In this document: positions 1 through 8,809 of the stretch, in pieces
How positions within the stretch are numbered: position 1 is the first letter of the stretch
Layout: each line of letters starts with the position of its first letter
Source of the DNA: Macrostomum lignano
Taxonomy: Eukaryota
Reading direction: 5' to 3'
DNA length: 64,000 bases
NCBI GenBank assembly: GCA_002269645.1
Contig: NIVC01003468.1
Location: 1-64,000 of the forward strand
Notes under the pieces: generated by a model
What the model saw: only the letters and a program-made list of their open reading frames with translations
Told to the model about the DNA's origin: nothing
The model's database searches: none
Made by a program: the position numbers and the translations under genes

Positions 1-470
1 TAACCGCCTTCTTCCGAAGAAGTGGAGTCGGTAGAATAAATTCGCAGCATGCCCCGTGTAGTAACTCGGGGAAACTCGTTCGACGAGAGATAAGTAAAGT
101 TCAAAAAAATTAATTTTTTCAATTATCCAGCCACTACCGTTGGTGTTGTAGACATCGACTTTGCGCTCCAGCTCTGTAAACTGCTGTCTCCACCAATCAT
201 CAAACTCCTGTATATCTACCATCAATCCGAGTTGTGTGCTCATCCATTTATCCTCTCCCTTGACAGCTTCTGACGCCTGCACTCTGACCATGCGCAAATT
301 CAGTTTGATCTGAGCTTTAACAGAGCAATTATCCGAAGAGTCGAAGCGGATTTCAAGACACTGCTGTACTGCGATTTTGCAGAAATCGAGAGAAACTCGA
401 ATGTTTCAGTGGCAGCTCCAGGTGTAAATCGATGAACTTGAAGAACATCTTCGTGAGCGCTGGTTTTTAA
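1..470 (-). pseudogene. N-terminal region of Polinton-type protein-primed DNA polymerase B, frameshifted, truncated by window start
   Basis: Manual minus-strand translation: ...VKAQIKLNLRMVR...FTELERKVDVYNTNGSGWIIEKINFFELYL..., then after a frameshift CEFILPTPLLRKKAV. This matches the 'GSGW...I..L.I...YIPLP..L..KKA' segment that precedes the exonuclease in Maverick PolB. Not in the ORF track. Confidence 0.6.
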
Positions 471-780
471 CGCCAGGGTGAATGAAGGTCGCTACTACAT
501 TGAAGAAGGGAAGATAGTATTAAAAATATTAATGGAAAGTGGAAATGATGAGAAATGTCTCTGGGAGTTATGGAAGTCGAACATTTTATTGCCCTTTTTT
601 ACACTTACGAGTATACTATTTATCCTACTACCTTATATCTAGATTTAATATTTTTTTATTAAACAATACGAGCTACGTATAAGTGTAAAAAAAGAATTTG
701 AAGAGTTATTATTGAAGAAATAGATGGAGTTCTGCTTTCGCATTTTTGTCAATTCATCTAATGAGGATAAAAATGTCTCA

Positions 781-1465
781 TTATTGTGAGTTCTCCGGCT
801 TAATCCTGTTGGAACCATTTGGGAATTGTTGTGTAGCGAGAAAAAATATAAATAATTCCGTTGCTAAGAGACAGGAATGCAACAAACAGAAATGCATGAG
901 CTCATAAAACCAGCAATGGAATGAAAAACTTACCACTCGGTCAAATTCGTGGCTGACAGCTGGGTCCACCGGCTCGTCCTCTTGACTCGATGAGGTGGCC
1001 ATTGCAGAGGATAATATTAGAAATAGAGCGACATTCAGTGAAGAACTCAATGCTGCTGAAATTCCAGTGTAAAAGTGTTGTTTGATAAATTTAACCCAAG
1101 AGCGATTCTGTCAGAGATGTAGCGGAGTGATAAATTTCCAGCATTCAGAGCTCTATGGAGCAGAAATTGAATCTAACCAAAGTCATGCTTGACAAATCAA
1201 ATTCATGTCATTCTAAACATTGGGTATCATAGATCATCAATTTCATATTATACTCATAGAGTTGAGTAGATGCTGTGAACCTAACGGTAATTCTATAAGC
1301 AGGTGAACCTATAACTTCTTCCAAGATATTCATGGTTGAAAAAAAACAAGTAATGAACTCAACAAAGTCCAAGAAAGTACAAAAGCTTTCATTAAAAGCA
1401 ACCATCAAACCATTATATTTCTGGTAAAGCATTTCGTAATGCAAAAAATCATGCTCGTTAGTCAC
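781..1465 (-). CDS. Unknown viral-region ORF(s), probably one disrupted gene with hydrophobic segments
   Basis: ORFs 1208..1465 and 781..1050 are co-oriented; the 781..1050 frame stays open upstream to about 1170 without an ATG. No recognisable motif. Confidence 0.25.
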
Positions 1466-1696
1466 CCTACTAATTAAAGCTGCTTATTAAAGCTTTATTA
1501 TAAGAATAAGTTTAAATAGTAAGCCTAAATGATTTTCTTTTTCATTTTGTTTAGGATATTAATGAGAAACCTGTATGAGCACGATGAGGTGCAACGTAAT
1601 TAGTTAATATTTATGCTGGGTAGAATGCATTGGTTTTTTCCTAAAAATCTACAAATCTCGTTTCCCCTACTTTTAAATACTTTGAACTGGGACACT

Positions 1697-2449
1697 TTAA
1701 GAGCTGCTTAAGCGAATGCGAGTTCCTCCCCCAAGGTCAATAAAATACTCGCCCTCGACTCTGCTCGGTAGTACCAGCTGAATGCAGACTGACGGTGGCA
1801 TCGGTGGCATGGCTTCTACGACTGGGATGTCACCGGTTTGGATTTCTGGTGCGGCCGGTGGAGTAGGAGGTTCGAATTCTCGCAGGAGATCGGATAGGCT
1901 TGCTTCTGCCATCATTCTGGCTTGCTCCATATTTTTTCCTGCGACTGGAACAGGCCTGTAGGGTGGCATCTGTTGCTGCTCAGCTTCTTAATTTGCCAGC
2001 TTAACAGGCTCCAACTCGATATCCTCGAAGAAGGCAGTATCCAACTCCGAAGGAGCTGCAAAACCAGTGGAATCGTCAGCTGGGAGGCCGGCATCAGCAG
2101 CTGGCGCAGCGGTTGAACCAAAAAAATCTGATTGCTGCTCCACAGCGGCAAGTGCAGCGGCAAGCAGATCAAAGTTTGCGTCGGTAGCGTGCTGAAAATC
2201 TTCACCAGGCTGCTGAAAGACGCCCTGAATTGTCTGGCTGAGTGCGCTGACCGGTGCTCGACTGCGCTCGATAATGTTGAGCTGCTCTTGACGCTGGGCA
2301 GCCTCCAAGGCAGCAAAGCGGGCTTTTTTTAAATCTCCAGGTGAGCTCCAGTTAATAACGATGTGGTTTTTATGAGCTCGAACTTGCTGGCGCACATTAA
2401 AGAGCTCACGCGTCTGGCACTCGTGGCAAAAGCATCCAGCGACTGACAT
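1697..2449 (-). CDS. Unknown Ala/Pro/acidic-rich protein with N-terminal CxCxxC, split into two ORFs (1988..2449 and 1697..1969)
   Basis: Adjacent co-oriented ORFs of similar composition inside the Polinton; MSVAGCFCHEC start; followed by an AT-rich tract. Confidence 0.35.
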
Positions 2450-3463
2450 TGCAGCTGCTTTTCATTTTGTGACGTTTTAAGCCACCGAGCTCACATGAGT
2501 TGCAGGAAATGCATACCTCGTACACATATGAAGGGCAGCGCGATTTATTCATTCCAAATTTTTTAATCTTTGAGTAGAAAAATCAAATTCAAATTAAATT
2601 CAAATTAGAAGTAGAAACTTATGTTCCGTATTCAAGTATACGGTGTCTTATATACCTCGCTTATTCGAATCTGTGTTAATAAAAACATAGCCGCTATGTT
2701 TACAGCTTAGCTATGCTTACAGTCAGTAACCCAGCCGTCTCAGAAACCGGTTTTTTTTAATAGTTTTATTAGAAAACCCAGGTACAGAGCCTCTATTAAA
2801 AGCATACATGTACAAAAGTTCCTTTGCACTTGCCGCCAACTGGAACTCCCGACCAGACTGGGGAGCAATAAAACTGATAATTATGGAGCGTCCAATTCCA
2901 TTTAGCAACACACCCACCACCCCAGGAAAGGGGGAGATGCTTGGCTATTATAATCTTATTAAAGCAGCATCTTGTTATTGAAACTTTTGCCTAATTATTG
3001 TCTGAAATTCCAAATTCCAAAATTCCGAAATCCTTAAATTCCAAAAGCAAGTGATTTTTCAACAGTTGGTAGCTCAAATTTTAGACATGAATTGCAAATT
3101 GATTTTATTGTAATCATTGAAATAAAGACACGCCCCTCCTCCTTTTACGATACCCGATGGAATATTAAATATCATTCAGAGGCAAAGCATTGCCTGATTT
3201 TATGAACCGAACCCCCTGTTTCCATCGTTGCAGAACACGCATTTGCCAATACTCATTCATTGCGGTTAACGGAATTCCCGCGGAGCCCCACCCCATTCGT
3301 AAATACTTGCACCAATGTACTCTCACTAGGAGGTCTCATGGAATTTCCATGGCCTGCCCTGCGGCAGAGTGGCTCAATGGATTTACATAGGTAAGTATGT
3401 TCACTCACTAGGGCCCATGGCTTTTCCACGGAAATTCATGCGGCAGAGTTCTGTTATCCAATA

Positions 3464-3706
3464 CTACTCTTCTGGAATTTTGCCAAAAACCTTTTGCACC
3501 TGGGTTTCCTGTATGCCGTCGATAGTTTCTTTGACCTGATCAATATTTTTCTTAGCTTCTCCATACCCAGGCTTATGAAACTCTGTGGCTGCTTGGACAA
3601 ACTCATTGTAGGATTGTTGCTCCTTATTTATTAGCCCGGTAACTCTCTTTTCTGCTTGTGCTAGCTTCTCCAATTCAGAGATATGATATGAACTTTTCTG
3701 CTTCAT
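3464..3706 (-). CDS. Small coiled-coil-like viral ORF, 80 aa, head-to-head with MCP
   Basis: Helical E/K/Q-rich sequence; ATG 30 bp from the MCP ATG across an A/T tract. Confidence 0.4.
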   Translation of the reverse strand: MKQKSSYHISELEKLAQAEKRVTGLINKEQQSYNEFVQAATEFHKPGYGEAKKNIDQVKETIDGIQETQVQKVFGKIPEE

Positions 3707-3736
3707 TTCTTATTTTATTTTATTTTTAGTTAAAAA

Positions 3737-5023
3737 ATGAACGACCCATTGACACCAGTTTTCTACAAAATTAACAAGCCTATTTTGAGTGATGATAGCA
3801 CAATCAAAGCGAATCAGGTAAGAGTTCCCAGTCAGGAAAATCAGAATGAAACTAATCTCGGTCCTGGCCAAACACTGACATTTACATACAATGGATGTTC
3901 GTCTTTGGTTAGTGTGCACAGTCTTAAGAGCGGCTTCCATATGACATTTCAATTCAAGACAAAAGGTGGTGCGGATGCGGCTCGTGCTAACGTTGACAAG
4001 CATGATGCGGATGTGGCTCTGATCAGTAACTTTTGGGCGTACATGTTCAAGGAGTTTAGTGTATCGAATGGGAGCACTGAGTTGGAGCGAATCGCCAACT
4101 TTGGAATTGTCTATGACGCTCATTGTTTGATCGAGAATCCTGATTTTATTCAGTTGGGAAGTGGTGCGGGTTTTATTGCAGATGAAAAAGAAGGAGATAT
4201 CAATGACAGTGGCTATAAAAATAGGAAGAAGAGATACAACTATGCATTGCAAGGTGCAGATGATGCTGCTAAGAACCCGCTGTATCGGTCTGTTGATGTA
4301 TTTGTACCATTGAGATTCATGAGTGGATTCTGTAATACATTTAATCGACTGACTAGTAACTTTAGCTACACCTTTAGGATGACTAGAGATGATCGCAGTA
4401 GAGTGTTGTGGACTGGGGCGGACCACGCTAGGATGGAGGTGAAGCTAACCGGAATCGAGCTGTATTTGGAAGTCATTGAGCCAAAGACCGCACTAAAAGC
4501 GGATTATCTTAAGGCAATAGAGAAGGACATTGATGTTGCATACACGGCCTACATGTGTCGAGATGAGCGAAACGAAACTAGAACAAACATCTGCATTAAA
4601 GAGGGATCATGCAGCAATCCAAGGTATATTATTATTAACATGAGAAACCCAAATAGCATTATACGCTACATGCATGGAGACGTGCGGTCCATTCAGCATG
4701 AAATCAGTGATAATCTTTACCCTGCACTGCCACAAAATGGAGATTTCAGTCAGAACAAGATTAGCAAATTTTACAGCGAGTTGGTCGACTTGGCTGTGAA
4801 AGAGAACAATGGAATTGCTATCACTGCTCTTCAATATGGAACTCTATATCCGATGTTTGGAGCTGATGTGTCTGCCAGACAAATGCCTACTGATAACAGC
4901 CCTGTGAATATCGTGACTAACATTGAGAGGACTGCCGCAACACCCGTGGACCTGTACATTGTCTATGCATTTGAGAGGAAGGTGAAGCTTAACATGATCA
5001 ATAACTCGTCTAGTAAAGTTTGA
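3737..5023 (+). CDS. Major capsid protein (double jelly-roll, Polinton/adintovirus hexon-like), 428 aa, intact
   Basis: Size and pattern (D.S...; TLTFTY; NFWAYMFKEFSVSNGSTELERIANFGI; VDVFVPLRFMSGFC; PRYIIINMR; YPMFGADVS; LYIVYAFER) fit Polinton MCPs. Intronless, immediately upstream of the penton. Confidence 0.8.
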   Translation: MNDPLTPVFYKINKPILSDDSTIKANQVRVPSQENQNETNLGPGQTLTFTYNGCSSLVSVHSLKSGFHMTFQFKTKGGADAARANVDKHDADVALISNFWAYMFKEFSVSNGSTELERIANFGIVYDAHCLIENPDFIQLGSGAGFIADEKEGDINDSGYKNRKKRYNYALQGADDAAKNPLYRSVDVFVPLRFMSGFCNTFNRLTSNFSYTFRMTRDDRSRVLWTGADHARMEVKLTGIELYLEVIEPKTALKADYLKAIEKDIDVAYTAYMCRDERNETRTNICIKEGSCSNPRYIIINMRNPNSIIRYMHGDVRSIQHEISDNLYPALPQNGDFSQNKISKFYSELVDLAVKENNGIAITALQYGTLYPMFGADVSARQMPTDNSPVNIVTNIERTAATPVDLYIVYAFERKVKLNMINNSSSKV

Positions 5024-5046
5024 ATAATTTTTTTATTGAAAAAAAA

Positions 5047-5910
5047 ATGGAAGCGATTGCTGAAAGACTAAATAATATTATTTCTCACTCTAAGGAGAGC
5101 ATTCCTATTACAATAACTGGGCGAATTAATGACTCAAACGGGATGTTTGTTGAAAAATTAGAGCAGGCGATTCGCCTGGATCCAGGCGCTAATTACCATG
5201 TCTATCTTAACGACTTCACTGGTTGGTCAAACGTTCCCAATGTGATGGCAGCAAATAATAAGTTTTATTACAAATGGAAAGGTGCAGCAGCAGACCCTGT
5301 GGTATTCCATGTGAGCACGCAAAGTGTGGATACCTACAATAACTTTCTAGAAAATGTCTTTACTAAAAGAGGCCATTTCGAGACACCTGATGCGAGTAAG
5401 CCAGATAAGAAACTGTTCCCTGTCAAACTAACCTATGATCTCACTGTAATGAGAGTGGTCATGCAAGTTCACAAAGATGCGGAGGTTGAGTTTAAAGATG
5501 ACACTTGGTATAGGGAATTGGGATTCGAGAAGAAAGTTTATAAGGCAGAATCCACAGCGCGGACCGCCACTCAAACGTCGGGGGCTGTTAGCATGGCCCG
5601 GGAAAATGTAAGCGGTTTGTTCTTAGCACCCAATATAGCAGACATTGTAAAGGGTTTGAATATTCTAATCAGAAGTAATCTCAGTCTTGATTGGGTATTT
5701 AAGGGAAAGCGAACGAATATTTTGTACAAAATCTCCAACTCTGTTGCTGGAGGACAGATGCTGGTAGAGAAACCAAATCCAGTGAAAAAAGTTGTATTGA
5801 GTAATAAGGAGATTCACGAGATTGTGCTACAGTTTGAGACTGAAGATGGGGTGGGTGTTGATTTCAACGGTGAAGAGTTTGTATTGACGTTAATCATTGA
5901 GAGAATGTGA
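5047..5910 (+). CDS. Minor capsid protein (penton, single jelly-roll), about 287 aa, intact
   Basis: IRLDPGANYHVYLNDFTGWSNVPNV..NNKFYY at the N-end and LNILIRSNL...ILYKI...EKP...IVLQFETEDG.GVDFNGEEFVLTLII at the C-end are characteristic of Polinton pentons. ATG at 5047 follows an A-tract; the ORF track starts at TTG 5020. Confidence 0.85.
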   Translation: MEAIAERLNNIISHSKESIPITITGRINDSNGMFVEKLEQAIRLDPGANYHVYLNDFTGWSNVPNVMAANNKFYYKWKGAAADPVVFHVSTQSVDTYNNFLENVFTKRGHFETPDASKPDKKLFPVKLTYDLTVMRVVMQVHKDAEVEFKDDTWYRELGFEKKVYKAESTARTATQTSGAVSMARENVSGLFLAPNIADIVKGLNILIRSNLSLDWVFKGKRTNILYKISNSVAGGQMLVEKPNPVKKVVLSNKEIHEIVLQFETEDGVGVDFNGEEFVLTLIIERM

Positions 5911-5914
5911 GAAA

Positions 5915-6154
5915 TCACAATTGTTTAATGATTTCTGCGAAGTTATAGTAGCTGTCGTAATCTTTTACGTAGGTTACTCCATAATTATGAAACCAGTGTC
6001 TTTGGAGAGCTAGATTAATATTAGGGACATTGATATCAACGCCGGGCCAATATTTTCTCATGTACTCGCTGCATTCTAGTTTGCACTGGTACTTGCTCTT
6101 GTAATTAGGCTCGTGCGCTTTGTAATAAGAACCTGGAGAGACGATTGGAAGCAT
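5915..6154 (-). CDS. Small Tyr-rich unknown ORF, 79 aa, convergent with penton
   Basis: ATG-initiated; stop lies 4 bp from the penton stop; last ORF before the terminal region. Confidence 0.4.
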   Translation of the reverse strand: MLPIVSPGSYYKAHEPNYKSKYQCKLECSEYMRKYWPGVDINVPNINLALQRHWFHNYGVTYVKDYDSYYNFAEIIKQL

Positions 6155-6269
6155 TTTTATTGAGAATTTAATTTTTTTCGGAGGATGAGCACCCTGCGCT
6201 GATGATTTAAAGTCTTTGGGATCTGGTTTCGCGTTGCGGATTGAATGTGGGGAGAAGAATGCAGATTAT

Positions 6270-6661
6270 TTTCTGATTGTTTCGAAGATGCTATGGGTGG
6301 ATGTCAGTGGATGATGTAGGACACTTGTTATGCTCTGATTCTGTCGTGGAGGAAGGAGGATAGGTTAGGAGGATTATGTTCGAAGTTTTCGGAACAAGTG
6401 TAACCCTCTGATTCAGGCATAATATGGATGGATTTAATGGAGTTATGTTCGAAGTTTTCGGAGCAAGTAGGACACCTGTTATGCTCTGATTCTGTCAGGG
6501 ATAATATGGATGGATTTAATGGGATTATGGAAGACGTTTTGTGAGCGAGTGCGACCCCCCTTTTTTTCTGATTCTGTCGGGGATAATATGGATGGATTTA
6601 ATGGGATTATGGAGGACGTTAAAAATTTTGTCCCAGAAGCCCCCTCATGCATTCTACTACT
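6270..6661 (+). repeat. Polinton terminal region A with internal modular repeats and terminus ...AGAAGCCCCCTCATGCATTCTACTACT
   Basis: Modules TGTTATGCTCTGATTCTGTC, ATGTTCGAAGTTTTCGG and ATAATATGGATGGATTTAATGG recur 2-3 times; the terminal ~55 bp recur at 7540-7592. Confidence 0.6.
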
Positions 6662-7461
6662 CTGTCTATGGCAAGACTCTTGAGAATGAGCGGAAAAGAA
6701 CAAACCTGAAACTTGTTACCTCATCAGAGCCTGCTGTTATTCAGGCAAATATGTCAAAGCCAACATTCAAAGAACTCCACATCTTTAATAGCTACTTAGG
6801 TGTGATCATATTTTACAAAACCAAGGTGACGCTGCGCAAGCCGATCTATACAGGTGTCACTGTTCTCGACGAATCAAAACGTCTGATGTACCAGTTCTTC
6901 TATGGCATGAAGCAGCAGTACAAGGATAAAATGAAACTCTTGTACACCGACACAGACAGTTTTATTATGGACATTCAAACAGAAGACATTTATCAGGACA
7001 TGCTGCAGCAAAAAGATTTGTTTGACTTGTCTGAGTATGATGAATCTTGCAGGACACAGAATGGCGATCAAGTGTTTGACGCCACTAACAAGAAAGTGAT
7101 TGGGAAAATGAAGGACGAGATTGCTGGTGACATAATCACTGAATTCTGAGGGTTGAGAGCAAAGTCCTATTTTGTAAAATGTGAGTCGTCAGACCCAATT
7201 CAAAAATCAAAGGGAATTCAGAAACGCGTGGTTAGGAAGGAAATTAATGAAGCTGAATACAGAGACGCCTTGAATTACAACAAAAAGACATCACATGAGT
7301 TCTGAAAGCTACAATCCAAAAACCATATTATTCACACAATTCAGCAAAAGAAGATTGGACTGTCGGGTGCAGATAACAAGAGATTCATTTTTGATGACAA
7401 TATTAACAGTCTACCGTTCGGGCACTGGAGATTAGGTTTAGGAGATGGAAGTTGGGTTTAG
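6662..7461 (+). pseudogene. C-terminal part of protein-primed DNA polymerase B (element B), 5'-truncated, two in-frame TGA stops
   Basis: SVYGKTLENERKR (motif B), LYTDTDSF (motif C), KKVIGKMKDE, EF*GLRAKSY, DNKRFI...SLPFGHW. Stops at 7147 and 7303; natural stop 7459-7461. Confidence 0.9.
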
Positions 7462-7592
7462 GAGGTGGAGATTAGGAGATTAGGAGATTAGGAGATGGAA
7501 GTTGGGTTTAGGAGGTGGAGATTAGGAGATTAGGTATTAGGATTATAACACGTGAAAAAAATTGTCTTAGAAGCCCCCTCATGCATTCTACT
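7462..7592 (+). repeat. Second Polinton terminus-like sequence (element B), directly after the PolB stop
   Basis: GGAGATTA-type short repeats, then GGATTAT..ACGT.AAAAA..TGTC..AGAAGCCCCCTCATGCATTCTACT; the last 24 bp are identical to 6635-6658. Confidence 0.55.
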
Positions 7593-8099
7593 TACAAAAT
7601 ATTTTCGCTAACAACAATCACTATCCCATGTGGAATTACTGCTATTAACAGGAAAGTGATTTTATCCATATGAAAACATAACATCAGATGAGGTAATCAA
7701 GGAAAAAATTACCCTTAATCGAAAAGTTTTATTCCAAACGAACTCAATCTTCAATTACTGAAGACGAATACGAGCGTATAAATACGTGGGAAAAAATGGA
7801 ACCACTTTAACTGCGAAACTCTAAAAGACTATCACTATGGGCCGTATGCAGAAAGCTCTGTCTAGGGTAGTCCGGTCTTCAAAAGCTAGTCTAGACTTGG
7901 ATTTGGTATGCAGAAACACAAAGTTAGACCAGTCTACTATAGCAGAACTAGGCTAGCTAGACCATAGACTATAGACTGAACTACCCAAGTCCGGACTAGC
8001 TAGTCTGGACTAGGCTTTCTGCATACGGCCCCATGTTTGTCTTAAAGCAGATATTTTATTACTGGCTGACGCCTTTGAAAACTTTCGAGCCCAAACATA
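7593..8099 (+). pseudogene. Central fragment of a third, more decayed pPolB copy (element C), interrupted by a MITE
   Basis: FYPYENITSDEV...; removing the MITE restores NCETLKDYHYVCLKADILLLADAFENFRAQ, matching the Maverick PolB 'DYHDLYLKTDVLLLADVFENFR' motif. Confidence 0.75.
7840..8030. mobile_element. ~190-bp MITE with 17-bp perfect TIRs
   Basis: GGCCGTATGCAGAAAGC (7840-7856) and GCTTTCTGCATACGGCC (8014-8030); ATG present on both flanks as a probable 3-bp TSD (PIF/Harbinger-like); interrupts the PolB frame. Confidence 0.8.
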
Positions 8100-8290
8100 C
8101 GAGGGGCGATCAAAAAGTTCTGTCACTGCATAATTTTTTCAGCACATGAGACTTCTCTTAAATTGATTTTAGTTGTTACCATAGACATACTATGTCCCCT
8201 ACTTAAGCAGAAATTTTTGAAGCCACTCTTGCTTAGCTCGAATCTACAGCATTTTTTCTTCATCACCCCTGTGCGACTATGTCAGTTTCA
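8100..8290. mobile_element. Solo mariner-like terminus
   Basis: TA followed by CGAGGGGCGATCAAAAAGTTC, resembling the TIR of the mariner at 30714. No partner TIR found in the window. Confidence 0.45.
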
Positions 8291-8809
8291 AGCGAAGCCA
8301 TACATGCCATACATACAAATCGAAGCTCGTTTGCGTGAGCAACATGGGGAGTCTGCACCGTCATATTACACAAAATGCCCTAACACCTCAAACCAACCAA
8401 CCCCATCGCAATACTTTCAACTACTGAGATCTAATCGGGATAATATTCATACTCGTACTTGTCATGATTGGGCTTCTGGGACAACCAAATCCCCCTTGGA
8501 TCAACATCTACTAAAATCTTTTTGTCACACAAAGCTCTTATATTTAAAATTAGCTATCCCAGTGCAATACTTACAACCGCTCATCTAAGGGTGATAAAGT
8601 AGACAACCACCCCCATTCTCGAGAACAACAAAATGCCCCTTAGATCAAATGCAACTAAAAACATCAAATCTGGTATTCAAACCTCACTGATTCCATTTGT
8701 ATGGAGTAATAACTAATAGCTAATAGCTAATAGCTTGACTTTACATTATAATGCTTAAAAAATCAGAGTATTTCAGTAATGCTCAAAGTATTTTATGCAT
8801 AAAAAACCG

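Larger units (their letters stand above)
1..6661. mobile_element. Endogenous Polinton/Maverick (adintovirus-like) element A, right-hand part; left end lies outside the window
   Basis: Contains a pPolB N-terminal remnant (-), several small AT-rich ORFs, an MCP + penton pair (+), and ends in ...GCATTCTACTACT (reverse complement AGTAGTAGAATGC...), matching the short tandem-repeat AGT termini of Polintons. No integrase, packaging ATPase or protease is visible in the window. Confidence 0.8.

Noticed and set aside
1619-1635. GTAGAATGCAT as a third Polinton terminus
   Set aside because: Only 11 bp match and the following sequence diverges.
7147-7305. TGA recoding or readthrough in PolB (both premature stops are TTC-TGA)
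   Set aside because: MCP and penton end in TGA as true stops. Point mutation (e.g. CGA or TGY to TGA) in a truncated gene is simpler.
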